64,000 nucleotides of DNA from Stylophora pistillata. Its lineage: Eukaryota. A program made the translations under genes and the position numbers. Position 1 is the stretch's first letter. Each line of letters opens with the position of its first letter. Shown here piece by piece: positions 27,001 through 42,000 of this stretch. The notes under the pieces are model-generated. The model did no database searches and was not told the DNA's origin. It saw only the letters and a program-made list of their open reading frames with translations. The stretch spans positions 565,061-629,060 of the forward strand of contig NW_019217812.1 in the NCBI RefSeq assembly GCF_002571385.2, read 5' to 3'.

Positions 27001-30000
27001 TTCGTTAAAGGCTGAGCAGAGTTTTGAATATTTCTGTTCTTTTCCATAACTGTGAATCACAGTTATGGATTTAGTCAATGAAAGCTACTAAAGCTAAAGT
27101 GAATTTTATAATCCCGAGGAGGCAAGTATACAATAAGATAAATAAAACTATGTTTGTTATAAAATACTGAGCAAAGCTTTGATTACTTCTACAAAGTAAC
27201 ACACTTTCACTCAGTCATTTCAAGCCCTTGAATTTGTCCTTTTTTTATTTTAAATTGTTTTAAGGCCCATTTCCAACCTTGGTACGACGCGGCCGTTTGT
27301 TTTTGTTTTGAACCACCGCTTTTGTTTAAAAAGCGCCTCTGATTGGTCAGTTATTGTTACCTTTATCTTTTTTTGAAAGAGATGATCGGATGCAGTATAA
27401 AAATTGTTTTCAGCAAGGGCTGATTGTGTATTTGGGCGGATTGGGAGTTTGAAAGCCATTTCTTTGTCAGGTCCTGAATGTGTTTCTCCTGATGCATTTG
27501 ATCAATAATCTTAGTAACCCTTTCCAGCCTGTCTTTTACTATGAATGGTGTGAGAGGTTTGTAGTGAACTCTGGTGTTGAGTGGCACTTTGGCTTCCTCT
27601 GTTTTTTCTGTCTTATTCATGATGACGGTTGTTGTGTGAAAGGTGTACTAGAGGCACTTTCATCTCGTGATCAGATTTCGCAAGAGTTGGCCTGATTTAA
27701 CATATCGTTCGAAACTTTCTACTTCATTGGGTACAATTTCCAATTAAATACAGACTAAGTTCAAAATACTGTAAGGAAGCTATAAAATGATTGACCACAG
27801 GTCCAGGATGGCTCTTGAGAAAGACGATTTTTGGAGGTTTTCAGTAATCGAGGAATTTTGTGTGACAGGAAATAGGTCCGAGCGCGTGCTGCATCAAGGT
27901 TGGAAATGGGCCTATCGCAAAACCAAAGGAATTCAATGAATAAAAGGCACATTTAATCCCCTTGGGTCTAGCGAGAAGTGCCTCATTTCCAGTTTCACAA
28001 GATTTAGACACGCCATTGTAGCAAACAAACACTCTCAAAACCTCAAAACCTCAAAACATACATTTAAATTTATTCTCAATGACTTTCCTAGCCTTTTCAA
28101 ATTGAATAGAGATAAATCTTTATCTTCAAGAAGAGTACGACATTTTTTAATTTAGAAGACATGTTTCGATGTTACGAACATCATCGTCAGTTACAGACTA
28201 TTTGAAAAACCGTTAGGGCTATTTAACAACTAGCCGAAACATGCATAATTGATTATGATTAAGTGACAAAAATACATATTGGAGTGAGTAAAGTGTTGGA
28301 AAGAATATAAAGCCTAAAGCGTAAGCGTCATGTTGACGTGAGAACTTGTTGGTTTAAATTAGGCTTTTCCCAGTTTATGTGCATAGCCTCCTTAAGTTTA
28401 AGTTTAAATTTAGAAGGAGCGGAATCAAGGATTTCAAAACAATCCGCAGAGCAGGTTGACGACAACTTTCTGAGTTTTTTAAATGTTTGAAGATATGTGA
28501 GGACTTGTCTGAAGAGAGGTGTTCACGGACGCGTGTGGAAAAATGACGACCAGTTTCGCCGATATAGCAAGCATTACAGCAAGCACAAGTAAATTTATAA
28601 ACCACACGTGAACGAAGTTCTCTAGGGACATATCCCTCACTGAGAAAAGATTTCTTAATTTAAACGTGGTAAACACTAATTTGATGTCAAGATCATTACA
28701 AAAACGACTAACAAGGCGACGTATTTTGTTTTGGGCTACAGTAGAAAAACGGTCTAAATAAGGTAACTTATAAAAGTATTGTTTACCTTGTGAAGCGATA
28801 TTAGAGGAAGGAGGTGTTTGAGTGGAGCCATGTCGATCGATGGCTGTGTTCAAATATCGATAAACGCATTTATCAGTAAGATGAACGGGGAAAAGATTCT
28901 TGCGCAAAATGAAAGCTAATTTAACAAGTCCTTGTGGAAGCCCAACCAAGTATTGTTGATTTTAAAAACCCTTAGATCAGATAAATCTTTTAATATTGAT
29001 TGTCATTGGAAATGAATAAGACTTTCTAAGAAAGATCACTGATTGTTTTTGAAGAAAGACAATCAAAGTGTGGGTCTCGATGCTGGTTCCACACGCTCTT
29101 AGTTTTGTCTGTGATGTTTTCTGATAGGATGTTATCACCTGTGAGCTCATGTTTATCGGATACTGTTTGAGTGGAGCATGTCTGCTGTATACATCGTCAT
29201 TCACTGTGCATAAAGTTTATTTTTGAGTCTTTACATTCAGTAGACCGATGGTGTACAAATAGGAGCTTTCTTGTTTGTTTTTAATAGTACTTAAAGGAAC
29301 TTTTTCGGTTCTCCAAGATAGTAACTTTGAAGTCAAGGACAGACAGGAAAAGGCCTTCTGGTGATTTAGCGGGTTCCTTAATCTCAAAAGTGTAGAAATT
29401 TTCAAACTAAATCCATATTTTCAATAAGAACAAACAAACAATCGAGTCTAGTTTGTATGTACCCATTAACTGATTTCAGCAATTTTATTTTGTGTGATAA
29501 CATTTTGTAACTAAGTTGAGATTTTCATGCATTTTAATGACAATTGTCAAAATAAATATAATTATGAAAAATATTCTTCAATATGCACAGTGACTACATT
29601 GTTGAATTAGCAAGTTAGTCGGTTTTTGCACAGGCCCCAATGTCTACCACTGGGTACTTGTGTGTTTCTTTGACTTCAGGTCTTTATCAAGATCAAGATC
29701 ATGCCATGTAATTGTTACTCACGTTTCTGTCAAACTTTGCCTGTTGATTGTTCATTTGTATTCTTCTCATAAATATATTTTGAACACTTACTAGTTAAAT
29801 TAACATTTTGCACAATTTGTTGTTTTTTATCCTGCACACTGTAAGTGGATCAAAGTCTGCTGTACTCAATTTTTTAAAATGAATTAAAATTTTGTTAAAA
29901 AAAGAAGTGAAAACAAGAAAGAAAATGTTACCATGTTTGGTTTCCAAAAGTTATGAGCATCTTCTCTCAGGCAAGCCACAACCATCGAGAAAAGCAGTTA

Positions 30001-33000
30001 TGTAGTCATTGTGAATAGTTGGATCAGGCACAAATTCATGCAAAATGAAAAAGTGTGTATTTACCCTGGTAAATAATAACTGTTTGGATGTGCAACATGA
30101 AGAATGGGAGCTCATCTGCTTTTTATTTTAACAGACAGAAAATCTATGGCCCAAATGTTATTGATGTTACTGTGAAGTCATATGGGAGGCTTTTCCTTGA
30201 AGAGGTAAGGATTTTCTGTTTCTTTGGAGAAAGAGGGCCACTTTGACTTTGGTTGGTTGCTAAAATTATGCGTGTGCTGCCTCCATTTCAGCTGGGCATC
30301 TGACCAGTTTTCCAAAAACTTAACTGAAGTTTATCGAGGGCTTGCACATGTTAGAAGAAACTCCTCTTGTTAATTTTTTTTCAGCCACTTTTTTATAATA
30401 GCTTCTTCTTTTTGGTGAGTTTGGGTAAAATAAGAGATATTGAATGTTGAGTTGAAGTAAATATAGGAATATACATATCACAAGACTACAATCCTATGTT
30501 ATATTATTTCAGGTTGCAGATCCCTTCTATGTGTTCCAGTTTTGCAGCATTGTTTTATGGTCAACCGATGATTACTACTACTATGCTCTTGCTATTTTGA
30601 TAGTCACAATGGTTTCAATAACAATCACAGTATACCAAACAAAAATGGTAAGCCATGTGCCATTCTCTTTCCCCATAAACATGAACCAACCACTTAATAA
30701 CCAAGAGTGAGGTCATTATGGGAAAATCCCAAACTAAGGCCTTGCCACATTGACTGAGTGATAGTGTGGTCAATATGACTAGGTTGAGGTTTGATATTTT
30801 TCCGTATTAACCCAGCGGACAAGTTTATTAAGTTGGCTTATAAACTGAAGGAACAAAAAATTTATCCAAGCGGAAGTCATCAAATTACATCCAGCAATGG
30901 GTATGTTTACCTATTCATCAGGTCTGATAAGATACGATACTTTATTTAACCGAGGATTTACGTTTAGCTAATCAGCTAGTTTACAGTTAATCCACAGCTC
31001 AAATATATTTTAAAAATTTCAATTTTTTAAGGTTTAAAAACCTTAATCTATCTTACAAAACTATAAACACAGAGAACTAAAAATCTAGGGTATCAAATTA
31101 AATTCCGATAACATTCAAACGTAAGCAGTTGCATTTTTTTTGTTCACTTCTTTAGTGCCTTCTGTACAGTTCTACTATAGTTCTAATATCATTTTTTAGG
31201 TCGTTCCATTTCTTTGTGGCAAAATATCTCCATGATTCGATGTGTTGCACTGTTATCTTTGTACTGTGTAAATGTACCTTGAGGACCTTTCACCGACTTC
31301 CCTAATTTTAGTAGTGTTTCTTTTTCTGCAGTGGTGCTAGACTTTATTTTGGTTTGGTTTCATGCTGTTAAGAATTGTGTAAATTAACATATGATCACTT
31401 AGGCCAACGTCAACTGTAACCGATCAAGTCGCCCGAGAGTCATCGCGCTTGAAGTCATGTTGCCCGAAATCTTAGTCATGTCACCCGCGAAAAAAAGTGA
31501 AGTTACCCGAAGAAACAAATACCTAAAAGATAAGACTTACAGTCTGTAAATAAGCAATAAAATTGAGAAGTCTTTCTTGCTAAAGGGCTCTTTTTTTGCA
31601 ACACCACCCTGAAGATTAAAAAAGAGAGGTCTGCCTTCACTCGTATCAAAAGCAAATTGCTCTGTTTCGTAGAGGAGGAAGACCACTTAAGTTGTTAAGA
31701 AGTAAAAGAATTTTGTGAACAACTTTGTGACGCTCAAGGTTGGGTAATGGAAGCAATGGTTCAACTTTCAACCAAATAGAGGCTCATTAATGAAGGACAA
31801 AATCAACCGCAGAAAAGTTATCAAAGAGATAAACAAGCTCAAGGTGGAGTTGTCTGATCTTAATGAAAGAGTGCAGGAATTCTGGATCGTCGAAAGAATG
31901 ACTTGTCAACATTGGCAAAATGTTTTTCTAGCTTGCATTACTTTCTTTCTTCAGGTAATAGAGAATCGTGCAAAAATTACAGCTTAAACTGTTGTTGTTG
32001 TTTTTTTTTTGCAAGCAATTCCCATATTCACTAGCCAAGGTAATTCCATACCAAGAGAGACTGTAAAGTTTGCCTTAAGAAACACGTTTGGGGTGGGGCT
32101 TGTTTTTAGATGGATGATATGTGGTTCTAGTTTTTACTCCTTTGTTGTAAGATGTGACTCTCATGGACAATCAGCTTTAAGTAGAAGTTATTATTGACAA
32201 TTGGAATAACAATGATTAAACTTTTGTACAGTAACCTTGCCTAAAGCGGAGAGGTTACGGGACGTGTGAGTTCATGTCAGGCCCCCACCCCTCTGCTTTT
32301 AGCTCGTCCCTTCAGCAGATATCTACATACTGCGGGAAGAATGTGTCTTCCCCCGTCACGATTCAGGGTAGGGCGGTGTAGTTTAATGTTGATCGCTTCT
32401 TTCACACCCCTTTCGAACCACTTTGGTTTCAATTGTCAAGATCTTAGAAGATTTGAAATTGACCACATGGTCTGCCCTGGAGTGTGAATGGGGCGAGAAA
32501 CCCTGGAGTGGTGGAACTTGGCCTGTGGTGTTCGTCAAACCATGTTTAAAGGACTGCTCAGTTTCTCCCACATAGCTTGCCTCCAATAATTACAAGGGAT
32601 GAAATAGACCCCTTCCGGCACTCTTCCTTTGGTGAGAGGATCTGTTGGGGTGCTTAAGAATCTGGCACAGCATATAGCACGGTTTGCAATAGGTGGGGAT
32701 GATGAACCTCTTGTAAACTCTTCGAAGCTGTTCGGACACGCCCTTGATGTATGGTAATCCAACTGGACACTATGTGTTGGTCTGTGTTGGGTGTTTTGAA
32801 CATTCTGTCTGGCGTTGTTGTTATGATGTAATGCAGTATTGTGCGAAAGTAATACAAACAAAAATCATCGAATTTCGTTCATTGTTCGATTCTCAAGCAC
32901 TGATTAATCAGAGGAAAACTATAAGTCAATTAAGAAATCATTCAAAATTCAAGAAATCATGCCATATTTTGGAGCTTAAACCTAGTAGGGGACTAATGTC

Positions 33001-36000
33001 CTATTATTTTTGCTCTGGTACTGCTTTGTACAAATCCTTAAATAAATAAAAATAAATAAATGAATAAAACTAATCCTTTGTGGCACAGATTTCATTGTCT
33101 TTCTAGGATGGCACAACATTTTACTATTGACCTCCTGTACTCCGCATCTTGGGTTTTGACGAGGAGGTTCCTAATGATGCCATCTGTTCCTGGATAGACT
33201 TCTTTGACCAGTATAAATTTCCATTTTCTATGTGGGCATTGTAGTCTACAAGAAGGACAATATTGGGAACTCTGATCTGACGAGTCCTAGAGCCCCACTT
33301 GGACGTGTATTGTAGGGATCTACTCTCAGATAAATCTTCTTCAAAACTGGTGTGCAAGACTCTGCACAAACTTAAAGGGTTTTCTAGGGTTCTGGGTGGT
33401 TTCAAACAGGCCTTGTGGAATGCAGGAGGAGGAGCGTCTAAGCAGGAGATGGTTAGGTGTCAATGGCTGCAAGTCATTTGGATCACTTAACAGATGACCA
33501 AGGGGCCTGCCGTTAATCAGAGACTTGATCTCAGCAAAGCAGTAGACATTTTTCATTCCACAAAGAGATCTGTATGCCAACTGCGATGCGTTGGGCAGTT
33601 TTTACTTGCTTGATGAGGCTCTCGTAATTTGCTCCCTGGTGGGGGCTTAAGAAGTGCAGCATTGCAAAGGTGTTGATCTGCTTTCGTTCTTCTGTAAGCA
33701 GCTTTCTTAACTCCTTCTCAGTGCTAACAAAATTTTTTCCGTTGTCTGAGATAAAGGTGTTGAGCCAACCATGGCAGGCGACGAATCTTCTCAGGGCTTG
33801 TAGGAAAGCTTCGGTCGAGAGACTCTTCCACAATTTCAAAGTGAAGCGCTCTCGCTGTTGCACAAGTAAACAGTGAAACAAGGGGTGAGCGTGTAAAAGG
33901 CCATAGTGGAATCTTTGACATCAATGGGTATGACATTCCTTCTTTGAGCCGCGGTCTCTTGTCAAGTGACCTCTCTTCAGGCAAGAGAAGCACAATCTTG
34001 CTTTTATTACACATTTGAATCATTTATCTTCTGATGATCTCTTTCCTGCAAATTTGCACTAATTGCAGCTTCTTTGATGCCATCAGAAAGGTGGGCATCA
34101 CTGGCTTTTTGGCTTAACCTTCACATGCCCTTGATTGACCTTGAGTAGTTTACCACTCGGAAAGATTTTTACCTTTTGTTCGGAGGAACACAGTATACGT
34201 TAGCTCATCTTTCCACAGATCAAATGCTTCACAGTCTTCTTCTTCTTCCGTCAAAAGGTTTTACAACCCCCCATTTGGATCACATGCAGCTTTATAATCC
34301 TCTCGAAGTTGTGCCATTTCTTTTTGTAGTCGCCTTCGGCATGAATTTTCGTCTCCATGGCCTTTGTCCTGAATTTCGCGAATGCATGGTTTATGTAATT
34401 CTCTGACAGCTTTGGGTTTTCTTTCTCTTCAGCAGGGTGGCTGGATTAACTTCTTCGCTGGTAGAATCTTGAGCTTTGTCTGTTATTATTTGGTTGATCT
34501 ATGTTAGCCGCGCAAATACCCATCCATTTTGGTACAAACAAATGCACATTTCAACACGAAGCCTTGTGTGATATTTATTAACTCTGAAGGGTAGATCCTC
34601 GTGCATAAAATAGAGTTAAGTCAGAAAATGGCTACGGGTACGCTTGCCTGCGTGTAAACAACCCCCATTACCTTTGTTGCATGCGGAAAGGAACATCTGT
34701 GCAACACCGTCTCTAATCAACATTCCATCTACCAATAAAGGTAGACGGGAAGAAATAGAACGAGTAAAGGCTGTTCTGCGAGATAACAATTATCCAATGC
34801 CTTTTATACAGAACTGTGAGAGAGTGTTATTTAAACAACCCGCCCAGACCAACTTCAATCGCTTTGTAGTGCTGCCGTATGTACAGGGTGTTTCCGAGAA
34901 AATAAGTCGCATATTGAAACAACAAAAGGTCAAAGTAGCCTACAAACCACAACAAACTATCAACAACCTTTTTCCACGCCCCAAGGAGCTAGACGAACCT
35001 GACTGCCAGAAATCAGGCATGGTGTACAAAATCGATTGCACACAGTATAATTTTAAGTACTATGGCCAAACAGAAAGATCATTAAAGACCCGAATTGCGG
35101 AGCACAAAAAGGCAGTTACAGGTTTTGACTTAAACTCCAAAGTCGCAAGCCATGTCCACCTTTTCGACCATAACATGGATTTTACAAACGTCAGGGTCGT
35201 TGGGTTCGAAACTAATTACCACGAGAGACCCTTCCTTGAAGCCAGGCACTCTACTTTGGATCCGAATGCTGGGAACGATCACATCGTACTTCCAGAAGCC
35301 TATAAAGACCTCGAGCGAGCATCAAATACATAGTACGCGCGCAAGCTTCGCGTCACGTTTTAATTTTAAATAGCGTATGATAACGATCCTCGTTTTTCAT
35401 ATCACTGATGAAGGCTTAAGCATTAGCCGAAACGTCTGTGTCAGAAGTAACAACAGAGGCCACCAATTTTCCATAAAACTCGTAACAAGTCATATATCCC
35501 CATCAAATACGGTCGATGAATTACACGGCGATATATAATAAAGTGTAGATGATGCGTTAAGACACATTATAGCCCTGTTGTCTGATCAGAACAGAATTTT
35601 CACGCCCACTGCGCAAAAGCTAACATCTATATTTTGCTAGCAAAAAAAGTGTAAACAAACCCATGTTGTGCTTAATCTGTCCTTCCAAGTTATTTAAATT
35701 TAAGAAGTCAATGAGTTTTTCTTATAGACAGCCTGAAAAACACTTCCCTGTTTAGCTTTAGCGGAGTACGTTAGTAATCCGTTAGATTTGCGGATCTTCT
35801 CGCAGGCAGGGAGTTCAAGGTTTGCATTAGATAGTTAGTCCATACTATTACTACCACAATTTTCAACCAATTCTTGCAAAATATCAATATAGGGCTGCTT
35901 CCACTTGCTGTTTATTGAAGAAACATCTAGTTCAAGCGCGGTGCAGATCTCCCGTAGGATCCCAACGGAAAACTTTGACAACTTGGACTTGCACGCGATT

Positions 36001-39000
36001 TCACAGATGTTGTATTTGTCATACTATAATAAATGACCATTATAAAATACCATGATAAAACACCATGATACATTTAATCATGATACATTTAATCACGAAA
36101 TGTTTCGTATATTTAAAACGAGAGCTAAGTTCCTGAAGCCACGTGTTTCACAGTACAACGTTCTGTTTTTGCGAAGTTGTCGATTTCAGTTGATCTCATT
36201 TTGAATTAATTAGTGTTGTTCCGCCTTCGAGAAACACGTTTCTGAACCAGCAAAATTCCGCTTACATTTTTGTTCGTGGTTCGGTTAAAGACTAATATTT
36301 AAGCAAAGATCTCTTACGTGAAGTAATTACAGCCTCTTTTTCAACGAAATGGGAATAGAGAAACCTCAAATCAAAAACCCCGAGATACGCTTTGTGAACA
36401 ATCATTATGAGGCGTTGACTATCCTTCCAAGTAATATCGCTATTGTGAGGAAGATGCAACAATTTCAGGACTGCAATCTGTTGTGTTATTTATCGGCGAG
36501 CGTAAAAGATCCGAACGACGCCATTCATTCAAGAACTTCCAGTGCCTCTTTACTCCCGTCACGTGACTCGGTACAAAGTACAAACTATAACAATTTTGAC
36601 AACACAACACAATCCTCAGAAACATGGAGGGTAAGAGCATATTATGTTAAATAAGCAGTAGATTGGACGTAAAATGCGAAAAAATCGAGTTTGCGCGAGT
36701 ATGTGTACATTTTTGACTAATTCGAATCGGCGCATTTTATCCAACTTTAAAATTTGATTAAATCGCCCAGAATCATTTCTCCAAAAAATCCTTTGGAGAT
36801 CCAAAAGAACTACCTTCCGCCTTCCGAAACCCAGATTTCCGGTTAATTATTTTGTATAGCACATAGTCAAATCACGGGTTACTTTTGACCTATTTTTAGT
36901 CTAATTGGAAGTAGGTCGGATAAATTCAATTTTTAATGTGTAAATAGATGGTCAGGAATTGCTAAAATTGCAATCAACATATGTTTTGATGTTGTTTTTC
37001 AAGATTTGTTACTTTTTATCAATCCAGGTTTTTTCATTTTGTGACGCGACGCTCCGAGATGCGTCTGAAATTTTGAGCCTCAAAAGCCACATTTTGGCGG
37101 AATTCAGTTGTTATTGATTTTCTCGAAAATAAATCGATATTCAGCCAAACGAAGTATGCAGTGGCTTATTTCCCATTGAGACCTACTTCACTTTGAAATA
37201 TGGGCGAAATTGATTTTTCAGCTGTTGCCACCAAATGTTTGGCCATTGGTAACATACGCTCTTAATTCCCTCAAGCATTATTTTGAATCAGAATTAAGTG
37301 AACATTTACCCACACTTGTCAAAAATATTTTGCACTGTTAATTGATGCAATCATTTTGTTTGGCATGCTTTATTTCCCAACAGCATCTACAGAGATTGCG
37401 AAGCATGGTGGCGGTGTCAGAGAGAGTCACTGTACTGCGAAATAATGCAGGTACTTTGTATAAATGTACAAGAAAGTTGACAAAAACCACATTGATTTTG
37501 TACCAATAAGTGCATTGAAAATGGATGGTTTAGGAAATCAACCAATGAAAATTTAGCATAATGCTTCAAAAGTTGGCCTGTGATCAGACTTCTCATTTTG
37601 CTTTTTGCTGTAGATGACTAGTTACACCTAGTGGAAATATCTTTATTACATTAGCATTGGCCACATTATGGGACAAGTTTAAAGTAGTTTACCATTGAAC
37701 AGCTACAAGATTTCTTATGTTATGGGTAATTCTCCTTCGTAGTGCAAAGAACGTTACAGACGTAGGCAAACCTATTAGAGTCATTGATGCAGGAAAAGAA
37801 ATTAATTACCGAGAAGAAATTATTTCTCAAGAAAATGTCAAGATTCTGCCCCTTATCTCCTCTTTGCATCTCTGACCTTACTGTGTATTGAATATCCTCA
37901 TTGTATCAACCTTTCAGGGGTGTTATACAATTGTACTTGTAGGTAGAATATTTTTGTGTTGCATTGTAAATTTAAAGTTCTTGTTGGAACTTGGCTGATG
38001 ATGAAGGGAGGATAGTTGGAATTAGCAGTGGTGCACAATGGATTGTTGTCAGGCTCTCCGAATGGGTTGTGTTTATCAGTTCTCAGGTTAAGGGAGACAT
38101 CTAACAAATTGACCCCCTCTGAGTTGCTTTATGCTGTATTTCCAAGCCCAAGGTCAAAGACAATTTTGAAAAAGACTGTTCTGGTTTTGTGACCAGATCT
38201 TGCATTTATACTCGCAAACACTGCTAGTCTGTCATTGCAGACCAAGGGATCTGTGCCATGTGCCATTTGCCATTTGTGACACTTACTTTGAAAGAGTTGC
38301 AAAGAAGTGTTAACAGAGAAACCAAAATTCACCTTGAATTACACAGATGAAATGGATGTATTATCTGAGGAACTTGTTCCTGGTGATGTGCTTGTTATTC
38401 CACCTAATGGAGCACAAGTTCACTGTGATTCTGTCCTTATCAGTGGTAACTGTATAGTCAACGAGAGCATGTTAACAGGTAAATTTAACAACAACTTATG
38501 CAAATATGCACAAAACATCCTCATTAATGTCATTAAGGCAAGGATATTGCCTTATTTTGAGGAAATTGTGTAGTAATTTATTTGTTGTTGAAGTGAAATA
38601 ATAAATTTTCCAAATGCTAAATGTCTCTTAACTTTCTCAACGTATCCACAATATCCTCAGCTCCTATCCTGGTCACTGCACAGTGTTCCAAATACTGGAC
38701 CAGTACACGGGAATACTCAATGCGATGTGTTTTTCCCCTTTTAATCACACAGGCAGTACCCTTAAACAATCTTGCAGTATAAAAAGACAATTTTCTCTCC
38801 CACTCTTGGCACATGTTCATGTCCCTATATGGAGCTCCCCTCAAGGGCGAGATGCCTCTGCAAACTGTTGCAAAAGTCTATCCTTTATTCATGACTGATC
38901 ACCACTCATGGGTGGACCATCATGCAGTGTACTACTTAGTATTTTTTCCTGGCCCTGGTGTCATTTTCAATGGACAGTGAGGCTGTCAAAAGGAATTCAC

Positions 39001-42000
39001 CTACTAGGTTTTTCTGACTTTTATGGTCAAATGAAATGGACAGAGTAACAGTTCTTTTTATTTCATACAGGTGAAAGCGTCCCAGTCACAAAGATTCCAT
39101 TGCCTTATATAAAGGGATTATCAAATAGTCCTTTGGAACAGAGAGAAGAACAGTATAACCCAGAGCGGCACAAGAGACACACTCTCTTTAATGGTACTAA
39201 TGTCATACAAACCCGTTATTATGGAAATGCGAGAGTGCTAGCAGTTGTTGTTAGAACAGGTAGATGTACATGTATGATCTGTTTTTAATGATGTTGTTCT
39301 TAGCAAATGTATGTGAATGGGTTTTCCTGAACGTTGATTTGTTCAGACGTTTATCATGCCCAGCCATCTTGCAACTAGTGGGAGCCCCTGACAGTACACC
39401 TTGAGAATTATATGCCACCAATAGGATAAAAGTAAATCTTGAGGACCATTTTTTTTTAAACAATGAAATCCCTACCCCTGGAAACTTTAATGACCATTCT
39501 GATGCTACTGCTTGAAGAATACACAACCAACTGCCAAAACATTTGCCTGCTGAGGGAGTGATCTAAAGGTTCCTTCTTGGCATTTTTATACTATACTTTA
39601 TACTATAAAGAAACATTAATCATTGCATTGCTTATGGCCCCTGACTTGAGACTTGTACCGTGTACAAAATTATATGCTCATATTTGTTTAACCATGATTA
39701 ACTCTGGTTACATGTGCCTCAGATTGTAATTAAGATAATACAAAAGTTGGCATTTTTAAATTCACTGAAAGAACTTGAAAAGTCTTTTCTTCCCAATATG
39801 CTATAGAGAAAGAGTGCTCTTACATAAGAGACTGGCAGACTTGGGTAGTTGAATGAAATACATGCAGTATAATGTTGATGCGCGTTCAAATTTTCTTAAC
39901 TAGACTCACTCTGTCTAACTTTGAATCATCAGGATTTTCCACAACCAAGGGTGGCTTAATGCGTTCCATTCTTAGTCCAAAACCAGTTGGCTTCAAGTTC
40001 TTCCGTGATTCTATGCGTTTTATTGGCCTTATGACAATTCTTGGTAGGATTCATCACAATATTGCATTTTGTTGGATGAAGTTTATAATTGACCTCTGTT
40101 AATGTTTACTGTAGGGAATCTCGATGTTTTAGCATCAGCCAAGGACCTACTCATCATATAGCTAACTAAATTTTCTATAATGGGATCAAAATTAGGCCAT
40201 GAATGTTAACTTTCATAGAATATTTGTGCTGGAAATGTGTTCAGCATTATTTTTGAATGAGCCATACGAACCATATATGAACATACATATGAACCATATA
40301 TGAACATACATTTTTTGTTGCAAGGTAATGCGTCAAGCATTTGGAAGCTTCAGCATCTTTCCTCTGGGAAACCTTTCAGGCACTTGGTCTTTTGAAAGCC
40401 AAGTGCCGGATTTGATGGTCGATTTCTTGTTCTTTCTTTTTTAAACGACCGTGACTTCCTTGTAGACTTTTTCCTCTGAGCCATCTGCTGTAAAAGTCAA
40501 CTCTTTGTCTCTAAAGACCTCAATATTGAAAGATAAAAATGTGTTTTCTGCCAGAAAGACTTGACAATTCAGGAGTGAATTTCCCACCCCACCCAGACAA
40601 AGTCAAAATTCCCCACCTTCTAGAAATGGAGCATGGACGACATTAAAATGGTTGTGGGTTGCCAAGGGGGTTGGATGTTAAGGTTTGAATTGATTGCGCT
40701 AGACATTTTGGTCAATTGGTGCTAGACACTTTGGCGTTAAAGGATTAGTCGCTGTTGGACATAACTTTTTCAGGCTCATGAAAAGACTAAAATGAATGAA
40801 TTTTGTTTACTGTTGTTGATGTATGATAGCTGACTCACAATTATATTTTTTTCGAAATTATAGCAATGGTGGGATTCTCTTACAGTATGTACACCTTGGT
40901 GCTGAATGGGGTCAGTACTTTTATAAACATTATGCAATTTTGAATAACCTAACATTATGCATTTTTTAGAAAGCTATAAAGTCGCCAGTTAGAGGCGTGG
41001 GTTGTACAACCGAAAACAATGGAAAACTTTTCACAATGGTTGAAAAGATTGTTATTGCAAAAAGCAAGATACCAGAATCTGCCATTCGTCTTAGTGCATG
41101 CACTTTGTATCACAACCCTCGACACCCCGGTGAACATCTTGTTCTTGTCTGTCTTTGTCTTTCAAAAGCTAATAGCCCTGAAAGTAATTTTCATTTCAAA
41201 TATTTTTTCCTTCACTGTTTTGCTGCAATAAATGGATTAACAGATTCAAGAATGCACCTATTACTGTTAAAACAAAATTGGTGCCAAACTCAAATAGCAA
41301 TTCATGAGAAATTATATTTATCAAAGAAAAGTTAACCAATGCAACTGCTTTCTGAAACAGATGTCTGTTGGAAAAATTGTGCTGAAATCTCTAGACGTCA
41401 TCACAATTGCTGTTCCACCTGCTTTACCTGCAGCAATGTCGGTGGGGATTGTCTATGCACTTCAGAGGTTAAAGAAAAAACAGATCTACTGTATCAATCC
41501 ATCAAGGTGCATGTAATCTCTGTTGTAGAAACAATAATAGAATTGCGGTATTTTTCTATCAAAGAAATTAGGTAAATTCAGATAAAGATGAAATAGATAA
41601 GGAATAGGAATCGTTTCCATTATTCCCTCCAACTAATACAATCAAGTCATGATAACTCGAATCTGCGAGAGGAATTGAAAAGTGTTTTAAGTTATTGAGA
41701 GTTTGAGTTGTTGGGGGTTGAGAATGCTTTATAATTTCTCTAATGTATGATCCTTTTGTATGATCCAAGTAAGATGTACATGTAAGACTGATAAGGTTCA
41801 CTCCCTTTGATACTAACGATCATAATTATGATGTTGTGCTTGCTTTGATTTAGAATCAGTGTATGTGGAAAACTCAAGCTGTTCTGTTTTGATAAGGTGA
41901 GGTGGCAAAGGAAGAATAAGGTAAATTTATATCACTGCATTACTTTGATTGCTAAAATGAAATGAAATTAGCTAGGACTGCACTTAAAACCTCAGAGGGC

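Noticed and set aside
22305-27143. ~40-bp direct repeat near both DIRS ends as a possible TSD
   Set aside because: The right copy is ~110 bp from the element end and diverged, and DIRS elements do not make long TSDs; probably an older local duplication.
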